Shown here piece after piece: positions 26,464 to 35,800 of a DNA stretch of 61,937 bases. The position numbers were made by a program, and so were the translations under genes. The stretch's first letter is position 1, and each line of letters starts with the position of its first letter. The notes beneath the pieces are model-generated. The model did no database searches. It had not been told where the DNA came from and saw nothing but the letters and a program-made list of their open reading frames with translations. The stretch spans positions 1 through 61,937 of the forward strand of contig JAIKYR010000153.1 of the NCBI GenBank assembly GCA_024682995.1, in the 5' to 3' direction. Source of the stretch: Bacteroidales bacterium. Its GTDB lineage: Bacteria; Bacteroidota; Bacteroidia; Bacteroidales; WCHB1-69.

Positions 26464-27026
26464 TTCTACCTATTTACGTTTACGGCGAACCTGTTCTTCG
26501 GAAAAGTGCCGAGGACATTGACGAAAAAGAGATTCTGACTCCGGACTTCCAGCAGCTCATTGCCGACATGTTCGAGACCATGTATCATGCCGGCGGCGTG
26601 GGCCTGGCCGGTCCACAGGTCGGCAAGTCCACCAGCCTGTTCGTCATTGACACCGAGCCTTTCAAGGAGACCTACCCCAAGGTGCAAATCTACAAGGGGG
26701 CCTTCATCAACCCCGTCATCACTGAGGAATGGGGCGAGGATTTCGTGTTCGCCGAAGGGTGCCTGAGCCTTCCCCAGATCAACGAGGATGTCACCCGCAA
26801 GTCGCAGATCCACATCGAATACTACGATGAAAACGGGCAGTTCCGCGAGGAAGACTTCAGCGGACTGGTGGCCCGTGTCATCCAGCACGAATACGACCAT
26901 TTGGAGGGCAAGGTCTTTGTGGACCGTTTGTCGCCCATCAAGAAAATGGTGTTGAAACGACAGTTGAACGAAATCGCCACGGGCAAAACCTGTGCAGCCT
27001 ACAAGACCGTATGCAAGCCCCGTTAA
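26460..27026 (+). CDS. def: Peptide deformylase
   Basis: 188 aa. GVGLAGPQVG, EGCLSLP and HEYDHLEG motifs. The ATGA start overlaps the ruvX stop. Confidence 0.9.
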   Translation: MILPIYVYGEPVLRKSAEDIDEKEILTPDFQQLIADMFETMYHAGGVGLAGPQVGKSTSLFVIDTEPFKETYPKVQIYKGAFINPVITEEWGEDFVFAEGCLSLPQINEDVTRKSQIHIEYYDENGQFREEDFSGLVARVIQHEYDHLEGKVFVDRLSPIKKMVLKRQLNEIATGKTCAAYKTVCKPR

Positions 27027-27592
27027 AACAGATTCCGATCCTGCTGCTGGCAGCCATCCTCCTGTTGGCCGGATGCCACTCGCGCAATGGTGGAGGCAAG
27101 CACAATGCCTTCAACAAGCGCCAGCGCAGCCTGTTGGAGTTGTACCAAACCGCCGACTCCATCTACTATAAGGAGGGCCGCATTGACACCGTCGCCTTCG
27201 GGCAGTTCATCCGCAGTGCCGTCCCATACGCCGCGGCGCATCCGCACGACACCATCGCGCCGGAGATGCTCTACCGCGCCGGCATCGGCAGCATGATCCT
27301 GGCCAAAGCCGCCACCACACCGGAAGAGACCGCCCAATGGGCCAAGGAGGCCTTGAGCATTTTCCGAACCTTCCAAGAGACGTACCCCGACCATGAGCAA
27401 GCCCGAATGTGCTACTACCAGCGGGGCATCGTCTATGACGACATCCTGCAAGACCATCGCAGCGCGGAAGAGGAATTCCGCGACTTCATCCACCTCTACC
27501 CCGACGATCCATTAGCCCCGCAACTAAAACAGTATCTGTCGCTTATGGGAAAATCAGAAAAGGAAATAGAGCAAGCCTTGAATATCCGTTAG
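27011..27592 (+). CDS. TPR-like lipoprotein
   Basis: 193 aa. Lipobox LLLAGC. Helical-repeat sequence with YbgF/TPR-like motifs (ETYPDHEQARMCYYQRGIVY, FIHLYPDDPLAPQ). Overlaps def by 16 nt. Confidence 0.5.
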   Translation: MQAPLKQIPILLLAAILLLAGCHSRNGGGKHNAFNKRQRSLLELYQTADSIYYKEGRIDTVAFGQFIRSAVPYAAAHPHDTIAPEMLYRAGIGSMILAKAATTPEETAQWAKEALSIFRTFQETYPDHEQARMCYYQRGIVYDDILQDHRSAEEEFRDFIHLYPDDPLAPQLKQYLSLMGKSEKEIEQALNIR

Positions 27593-28191
27593 AACTCTAA
27601 GGACATCTGGTTTTTCAAATGGAAACTCCGGCGATGATAGGGTGTGAGGCCGTATTGCCGGACCGCCTCAATATGTTTGGGTGACGGGTAGCCTTTGTTA
27701 TGTCGCCAGTCGTATGCCGGAAATTCGGCATCAAGGCGGCACATCAGCTCATCACGGTATGTTTTGGCTAAAATGGAAGCGGCAGCAATGGAGAGGAAAG
27801 TGGCATCACCCTTCACCACACAATGGTAGGGGATTTTCCAGCGGTCGGTGAAACGGTTGCCGTCAATGAGCAGCAGGTCGGGCTTCACCGACAGGCGGCC
27901 CACCGCATCGTTCATGCACTGCACCGAGGCGTTCAGGATATTGATGCGGTCAATCTCCTTTTCCGACACCTCCGCCACACAGAAGGCGACGGCGTCCTGC
28001 TCGATCTGACGGCGCAGCGCCTCCCGTTTTTTCTCCGTAAGCTGTTTGGAATCATTGATATCCGCATTTGTATAATCGTAAGGCAGAATCACTGCGGCGG
28101 CGCATACAGGACCAGCCAGGCAACCGCGGCCCACCTCATCGCAACCGCATTCCAGCAGCGGCACATCCGAAAAATGCGATTTCAAAGACAT
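27589..28191 (-). CDS. rnhB: Ribonuclease HII
   Basis: 200 aa. CGCDEVGRGCLAGPVCAAAVIL, DSKQLTEKKRE, ASILAKTYRD, KGYPS. Confidence 0.9.
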   Translation of the reverse strand: MSLKSHFSDVPLLECGCDEVGRGCLAGPVCAAAVILPYDYTNADINDSKQLTEKKREALRRQIEQDAVAFCVAEVSEKEIDRINILNASVQCMNDAVGRLSVKPDLLLIDGNRFTDRWKIPYHCVVKGDATFLSIAAASILAKTYRDELMCRLDAEFPAYDWRHNKGYPSPKHIEAVRQYGLTPYHRRSFHLKNQMSLEF

Positions 28192-29144
28192 AGCAACACA
28201 ATTACAACCGCAATCAGAATATCATTCAACAGACGACGGTTTTTCAACAGGCTCATCATACTGTACAGCAATGTGAGCGGCATCATCAAATAAATCAATG
28301 CCGGGCGGAACGCATATTGGGAGAACACCAGTGCCACCAGCATGACCACAAACAGCAAAATAATGGTAAGGAAACGCTTCCGCAACACGATAAGCTTGGT
28401 GTCGAAATAGCGGGTGAGCACCGCCACCATGTAGATGACGCCCAACAAAAGGAAACCTGTCAGCACATAGTCCATCACCTTCAACGATGTGAAATGCCGA
28501 ATGATGCCAAAGTATTCCACCTGCCTGATTGAATGGACGATAACAGATGTACTATCGGTAAGAAAACCGACGGCGAACACGTATGCGTACACCATCTCGA
28601 AACCGCAAATCAGAATGATGATTTCCTTGAAACTGGAAATACGATTAGCCAGAAGTGCCATCATGATGAAGAGCAGAATCCATACCGAATAGGGGTCGAG
28701 CAACGTGCAGAGGCCCACCAGGACACCGGAGGTGAAAATGCGGTTTTTCACCGGTTGTTCATTGGCATCGCGGTTGTTGATCAACAGTATGGTGGCCAAC
28801 ACCGGCAGAGTGACCCATGTGGGGGAAAAGGTATTCAGGAAACGTCCGACCAAAAGCAATCCCAGGAGGAGTACCACCGGCATCCAGGTCTTATTGTCAT
28901 AGAATTTGCTGATCTGGAAAAAGCGTTGGACCTGCAGCGACAGGAAGAGCAGGAGCAGCAAGGCCGTCACGCGCATGGCAAGCGGGCGGGCGGCCAGCCA
29001 CACATGAAGCGACGGGTAGAGGATGCCCTGGCCCTCGGGCGGGCAAAGCGTCATTTGAGTGAAGATGACGTATCCCGCGCCCACCAGCAGCAGGACGATA
29101 AGAATCCATTGCAATACGATATGTTTGTTCAGGAAATGGAACAT
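28182..29144 (-). CDS. Polytopic integral membrane protein, unknown function
   Basis: 320 aa with about 9 hydrophobic helices. Its stop overlaps the rnhB start by 10 nt, so it is probably co-transcribed. Confidence 0.55.
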   Translation of the reverse strand: MFHFLNKHIVLQWILIVLLLVGAGYVIFTQMTLCPPEGQGILYPSLHVWLAARPLAMRVTALLLLLFLSLQVQRFFQISKFYDNKTWMPVVLLLGLLLVGRFLNTFSPTWVTLPVLATILLINNRDANEQPVKNRIFTSGVLVGLCTLLDPYSVWILLFIMMALLANRISSFKEIIILICGFEMVYAYVFAVGFLTDSTSVIVHSIRQVEYFGIIRHFTSLKVMDYVLTGFLLLGVIYMVAVLTRYFDTKLIVLRKRFLTIILLFVVMLVALVFSQYAFRPALIYLMMPLTLLYSMMSLLKNRRLLNDILIAVVIVLLCL

Positions 29145-29147
29145 ACC

Positions 29148-29705
29148 CTAAAATTTGACGCGGCAAAAGTAAGAAAAAAGCCGCATAACTTCCGCTCCAA
29201 AATACGGCTCCAATCCGGAGGTGTTCTCCAACAAATCTCGGAGGCGGACATCCTCGGCGGGCAAATCCCCATTTTCGTAAAATTCGTAACGGCGGGCCAC
29301 CAGTTGGTCATCCTGTAAGCGTATCAGGCCGTTATCCAGTCTATCGAGGGCATCCTCCACCGTCATCCAATAGTAATATCCCATCCGTTGGGCGGTCAGG
29401 CAGTCGGCAAGGCCGGCATCTGCCAGCACGCGAGCGCGTTGTTCCCCCGTCCAGGATTCTGCCACGGGCACCACCTGCTTGCCGGTGAAGACGGCAGCGA
29501 AGAGTGCGGCGGCGGTATAGACAGAATGTTCCGCGAGGAGAGCGAAAGAAGAGTCTTGGATTGTATCCAACTCATTCATTATAGGAGCGATATGTTGCAC
29601 CAGACGGGCATTGGTAATCAGGGTGTCACCATACTTCAATGCGGTAATGTTGGGGTGTATCCGAACCTCTTGCAGGAAGCGGGACAGGAATTGCGAAGTG
29701 TCCAT
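29148..29705 (-). CDS. Hypothetical protein (N-terminal ~100 aa faintly resemble the start of adenylate-forming enzymes)
   Basis: The ATG at 29703-29705 (MDTSQFLSRFLQE...) lies 20 nt downstream of a TATCTTTG box. The ORF-track start at 29855 would overlap the divergent giant gene's start and both promoter boxes. Confidence 0.4.
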   Translation of the reverse strand: MDTSQFLSRFLQEVRIHPNITALKYGDTLITNARLVQHIAPIMNELDTIQDSSFALLAEHSVYTAAALFAAVFTGKQVVPVAESWTGEQRARVLADAGLADCLTAQRMGYYYWMTVEDALDRLDNGLIRLQDDQLVARRYEFYENGDLPAEDVRLRDLLENTSGLEPYFGAEVMRLFSYFCRVKF

Positions 29706-29724
29706 GTTGATAAGTTTTACGATG

Positions 29725-29732
29725 CAAAGATA
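29725..29732 (-). promoter_or_regulatory. Candidate -7 promoter box for the 29705-27589 operon
   Basis: TATCTTTG(CATCG) on the minus strand, 20 nt upstream of ATG 29705. Confidence 0.45.
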
Positions 29733-29763
29733 ATAAAAACGTCCGTAATCCACGAAATTAATG

Positions 29764-29771
29764 TACTTTTG
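29764..29771 (+). promoter_or_regulatory. Candidate -7 promoter box for the giant T9SS gene
   Basis: TACTTTTG(CAGCC), 48 nt upstream of ATG 29819. Confidence 0.5.
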
Positions 29772-29818
29772 CAGCCTTTTTTCAAACTTTATATTAAAGA
29801 TAAAAAATAAGAAAAGAT

Positions 29819-32800
29819 ATGAGACAAAAAGTACTTCTTCAATTCCTGTTCGCATGTATGCTGATGATGGCCGGCGCGCCCATCTATTCGTTAAAAGCCC
29901 AGACGGACACGATACCGGTGTCCGGACATAACATTGTGATAGGTTGTTCGGGATACATCGTCCCGACGACCGATGCCAATGGGTATTGCATCACCAACAA
30001 TAACGGTTCGATTACCATAAATCCTCCCACCGGATGCGGTGTACATCTGGATGGGTCATACATCATCACCGACTTCACTTTTAATGGTGTGGTTGAATTC
30101 AAGGACCACATTTACATCTACAACGGGCCATCCACATCCTCACCTTTACTGGCAGACGCCACCGATGCCGGCTATGTGAATGTCACCTCAACCGGTCCGA
30201 TGACAATAAAATTCACCACCAACTACATGTTCCAATACAACGGATTCCGGCTCAAATACACCTGTGTGGCCGGTTGCGACTGCGAGAATGACTATCCGTT
30301 GGCCTTTTCCTGGAGTAACGACACGCTGACAGTGGAATGGATACCCTCCCAATCTGGAACCTCCACCGGCTACACGTTGGAATACGGCCCTGACGGATTT
30401 GTACCGGGCACCGGCACCATCATTTCCGGCATCACCGAACAACGATACCGTATTACGGGCCTCATTGCCAAGAACAAATACGACTTCCGACTACTCTATC
30501 CCTGTTCTGGAACATCCAATGCCGTGACTGGCAGCTACACCATTCCGGAAACTGTCATGTGTATTGACATGCAGGACCTGAATCGCTCGAATATCACCTG
30601 CACCTATGGCGGTTACGGAAGCACGGGCAGTCCTTACGAACATATAGGCATTGTGGCTAGTCATCACAATGTTGTCCCCCGACAGAGCTTTGACCCATAC
30701 ACAGGGGGATTACTTCAGATGATTCCTGACGGGGAAACCTACTCTGTCAAATTAGGAAACGCATTACCTGCTGAAAGCGAAAGCATTGCATACACGTACA
30801 CCGTAGATACCACCATAGGCGACATCATCTTGTTGAAATATGCGGCTATTATGGAGTTACCCAATCACTCTTTAGTTTCTCAGCCGCGTTTTGAAATTGA
30901 CGTTTTTGACGAAAATGGACAACCCATCTCATTTGTTAATCACGAGGATTTCCAATTAATCTCCAGCCAAGACTTGGGGTGGAACAAGTTCCACTACCGG
31001 TCGGCATCTGGCATCTTCAACGGAACCCGACCTTTATACGACCCTCATTACGTTCTTTGGAAAGACTGGACTAACATCGGTTTTAATGTCTCGGCCTATC
31101 ATGGTCAAACCATCACCATCCGACTGACCAACCGCGACTGCGGTGAAGGTGCCCATTGGGGATTCGCCTATTTTAATCTGGGATGCCAAAAACAAGGAAC
31201 TCATTGTGAATATATCCGAGATACCATTTGTGCCAACCAACTTCCCCAATACAAAATTGCAGGATATTCCTTCCCGAAAACTGGAAACTATATCATCCCT
31301 GTTCAGGCGCAGGACAGCACCGACAGTGTGATCATGCGGTTAGAACTGTGGGTGTGGGACAACCATACCGACACCGTCATTTTGGCGGACTGTTCCAGCG
31401 AATTTCCCATCCAGTACGCGGGAAAGGTCACCTTCCGTGGCGAGACAGAGACCACATTGAGTTTCTCTGCCGACACCAATGGATGCCCTATATTCACTCA
31501 TTTCAAGGTCACGGCGTACCCAAGCTACAACGACACGCTGCCTGTACACATCTGCAAAAGCGAGCTACCCTACATCTTCGGGAATGACACCCTGGACGCT
31601 CCCGGTCTCTACACTCACTCCAGCAGCACCGAATTCGGTTGCGACAGCATCCTTACCATAGAACTGATGGTTCATCCGGTCTATTATGTCAACGACACCC
31701 TCACCGACACCATCTGTTCCTTCTACCTCCCCTACCCGTATGGTGACAGTCTTTTCTATGAGACGGGTATCTATGATTTCGACCTGCACAGTGCCTACGG
31801 CTGTGACAGCGCGCATATCCATCTCGACCTGACCGTGCTGAAGACGCACACCGACACATTGGAGTATTCGGTCTGCCAGAACGACTTCCCCTTCGAGCTT
31901 GACAGCGTCAACGTCTTCAATGAGGCGGGAACATTTTACATTAAACATGACGACACGTTGCAGTGCCACGACATCACCGTGGTCATCCTGCACAGCCTAC
32001 CCTTCCATGACGACACCCTGACGGTGGACCTCTGCGATGTGGAGCTGCCCTTCGCCTTTGCCGACTCGCTCTTCACAGAGACGACCGTTTACACGCATTT
32101 CGACACCACGCTGCTGGGCTGCGACAGCAACACCACGCTGGTTTTGAATGTGCATAAGACCTACACGGAAGTGGACACGGTGGAAATCCAGACCTGCCGT
32201 GCCGACCTGCCCACGCTGGTCCGGGACTCCTTGCTGACCGAAGAGGGCGTTTACACGTTCCATGCTCTTTCGGAGGCGGGCTGTGACAGCATCACGGACA
32301 TCATCCGATTCACCATTCTGGAGCATCCGGCTGACACATTGGAGCTTATCCTCTGCAGCAACCAGTTCCCCTACGAGTACAAGGACACCCTCATTGACAG
32401 CGCCGGCACCTATTTGCTGCGTATCCCTGCTGACAGTCTTGGCTGCGACACGTTCCGCCTGTTGACCCTCCGTGAGGTGCCCATCTACCACGACACGTTA
32501 ATGGTGGTAACCTGTGCCAACGAGCCTTACGTCATTGGGGATTCCGTTTTCACCGTTCCCGGCACATACGATGTGCCCATGTTCAGCGAATACGGCTGTG
32601 ATAGCCTCATCACGGTCTTTCTGAAGCATAATCCCGTCTATCATTCCGAGACCTTTGAAGTGGCCATCTGCGTGACAGACCTGCCCTACATCTATGGTGA
32701 TTCCTCATTTTATACCGAAGGATACCACGAAATACCGTATCAGACCATCCACGGCTGCGACAGCATCATCGCCATCAATCTGACCATCAATCCGATCATA

Positions 32801-35800
32801 TACAATTCCGACACATTGTACCATGAAATATGCCGCAACGAATTGCCGTTCATGGCTTTCGGGCGCGAGCTGAATGCCGAGGGAACCTACACCTATGTCA
32901 CCTCATCTCTGGTTACGGGCTGTGATTCCGTGTTCTACTATCATCTGACCGTGCATGACAATCCGGTGGTTGCCATTGAGGGTGACAACCATTTGTGTGA
33001 AGGTTCCAGCACGATGCTCACGGTGCAGCCGGCTATGAGTGCGTACCAATGGAACAACGGTTTCACCAGCCAGCTCATGGAGATACACCAGCCCGGCAGT
33101 TATTCTGTCACCGTCACGGACGAGCACGGCTGCCAGAGCAGCGCACAGAAGACCGTTGCCGCGGCCAGTCTGCCCAACATCCAGATCAGCGGCAACCAGG
33201 CCATCTGTTATGGTGACAGTGCCGTGCTGACGGTATCGGGCGGCAGCAGCTACCGCTGGGAGAGCGGCAGCACCAACAATCGTATTGTAGTCTATCCCAC
33301 TGCCACCACCACCTACCGCGTGACGGGCACAGATGCCACGCCATGTTCCAATGAGAGCCAGTTCACGGTAACGGTGCGCAATCTGCCCACGCCGAGCATC
33401 AGCGGCAACAATGTCATCTGCCAAGACGACAACACCACCTTCACGGTCAGCAACAGCCAATCTTACCGTTGGTCCACAGGCGCAACGGCTAACCATATCA
33501 CCGTGCAACAGGCCGGTGTCTATTCTGTTACGGTGACGGATGCCCACGGCTGCAAGGGAAGCACAAGTCGTGAGCTGACCGTCAATGCAAAGCCGGAGGC
33601 CCGCATCTCGGGTGCCAGCCACTTCTGCAGCGGCGAAAGCAGCGTCCTCAAGGCGGAACCGACAGCCGCAGCCTATCTGTGGAGTTACAACGACCTGTCC
33701 GACCAGTCCATCACCATCACGGAGGGCGGCGTTTATACGGTCACCGTCACGAATGTACACGGATGTTCCAACACGGCCTCCAAGACCATCACCATTGACA
33801 CGCTGCCACGCATCGTGATCACCGGCGACCAGATCATCTGCAAGGGTGAGAGTGCCGTGCTGACCGTCTCAGGTGCTGACAACTACATTTGGGAAAACGG
33901 AAGCAGCGACAACCAGATCACCGTCTATCCGACAGAAAACACCACCTACCGTGTCACGGGAACCAACAGCACATCCTGTACGAACAAAAACTCCTTCTCC
34001 ATCTCCGTAAAATCCCTTCCCGTTCCGACTATCACTTCCAACAAGAATGCCATCTGCCGGGGTGATAGTGCCGTGCTGACAGCCTCTGTTGGCAGCCTCA
34101 GTGCCGGCAGTTCCTACCACTGGTCCAACGAGAAGACGACCAACAAGATCACCATCTATGATGCCAGCACTTACACCGTCACCGTCACCGACCCGTACGG
34201 TTGCCAAGGCACAGCCCTTTACAACCTGACCGTCAATGAGAATCCGAATGCGGTGATTTCCGGCATCAACCATTTCTGCGAGGGAGGCCAGACCACCCTC
34301 AAGGCCATGCCGGACGGCTGTTCCTATCTCTGGAGCCACAACGGCATGAGCGACCAGACCATCACGATAACCTCCAGCGGAAGTTACGTCGTCACCGTCA
34401 CCAATGTAGCGGGCTGCAAGAGCGTAGCGTCCAGGGATGTCACCACCGACCCGCTGCCCATCATCAACATCACCGGAAACTCTGCCATCTGTATGGGTGA
34501 CAGTGCCGTGCTGATGGTTTCTGGAGCCAACACCTACCGTTGGGACAACGGCAGCACCGCTGCCCGCATCGTGGTCCATCCCACTTCTGAGACCACATAC
34601 CGTGTGACGGGCACCAACCTCACGCCCTGTTCCAATGAGAGTGCCTTCACCGTATCGGTGCGGACATTGCCCACGCCGACCATTTCCGGCAACAACATAA
34701 TCTGCCAGGGTGACAATGCCACCTTTATAGCCAATGGTGGTCAACACTACAGCTGGTCCACAGGCGTGCAGAGCGACCGCATCACCGTCAGCGAGGCCAA
34801 CACCTACCGTGTGACGGCCACCGACCAGTACGGCTGTAAGAGCACCGCCATCCGTGACCTGACCGTCAACGAGCGACCCAATGTGCTTATCTCCGGCAAC
34901 AGTCATTTCTGTGCCGGACAGAGCAGCACGCTCAAGGCCATGCCGAACAACTGCACCTACCATTGGAACCACAATGAGATGACCCAGCAGGAGATTACCA
35001 TCACCAACGGCGGCACCTACATTGTAACCGTCACCAACACCTACGGATGTTCCAACACTATGACTAAAGAGGTCGTTCTTGACACCGTGCCAATTCTCAA
35101 CATCTCGGGCAACGCTGCCGTATGTCTTGGCGATAGCGCCGTGCTGACGGTTACCGGAGCCAACACCTACCGTTGGGACAACGGCAGCACCGGTGCCCGC
35201 ATCATCGTCGTCCCGACGGCGCAGACCACCTACCGTGTGACGGGTACCAACAACACGCCCTGTTCCAGCGACAACTCCTTCACGGTCTCCATCCGTCAGC
35301 TGCCCACGCCCACCATTTCCGGCAACAACAGCATCTGCCAAGGGGAGAGTTCCCAGTTCGTCGCCACCGGCGGGCAGCAGTACCGCTGGTCCACGGGCGT
35401 GCAGGGTGACCGTATCACCGTCAGTGAGGCCAACACCTACAGTGTGACGGCCACTGACCAGTATGGTTGCAAGGGCACCAACACCCGCGACCTGACTGTC
35501 CACGAGCGGCCTGACGCCCTCATTTCGGGCAACAGCCATTTCTGTGCCGGACAGACCGGCACTCTTCGGGCGATGCCGAACAACTGCACCTACCGTTGGA
35601 GCCATGACGAGCAGACCCAGCAAAACGTGACCATCTCCTCTGGCGGCACCTACATGGTAACCGTCACCAACACTTACGGATGTTCCAACACTGCCTCCAA
35701 GGAGGTTGTCCTTGACACCGTACCCATCCTCAACATCACAGGCACCTCCGCCATCTGTATCGGCGACAGTGCCGTGCTGACGGTTTCCGGAGCCAACACC

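Noticed and set aside
5799-29318. Other large shadow ORFs: 5799-6770, 8197-8907, 9430-10125, 13160-13813, 17866-18534, 19393-19938, 26008-26445, 27023-27493, 28533-29318, and also 41815-42783 and 43168-43788.
   Set aside because: Each lies opposite, or out of frame with, a gene that has strong family motifs (CNNM, folD, ffh, kbl, DUF389/ygiQ, ruvX, the TPR gene, the membrane protein, leuS). None has its own promoter box or any recognisable domain.
29706-29855. Upstream extension of the minus-strand ORF to 29855.
   Set aside because: It would overlap the start codon of the giant gene and both promoter boxes. The internal ATG at 29705 sits 20 nt after a TATCTTTG box.
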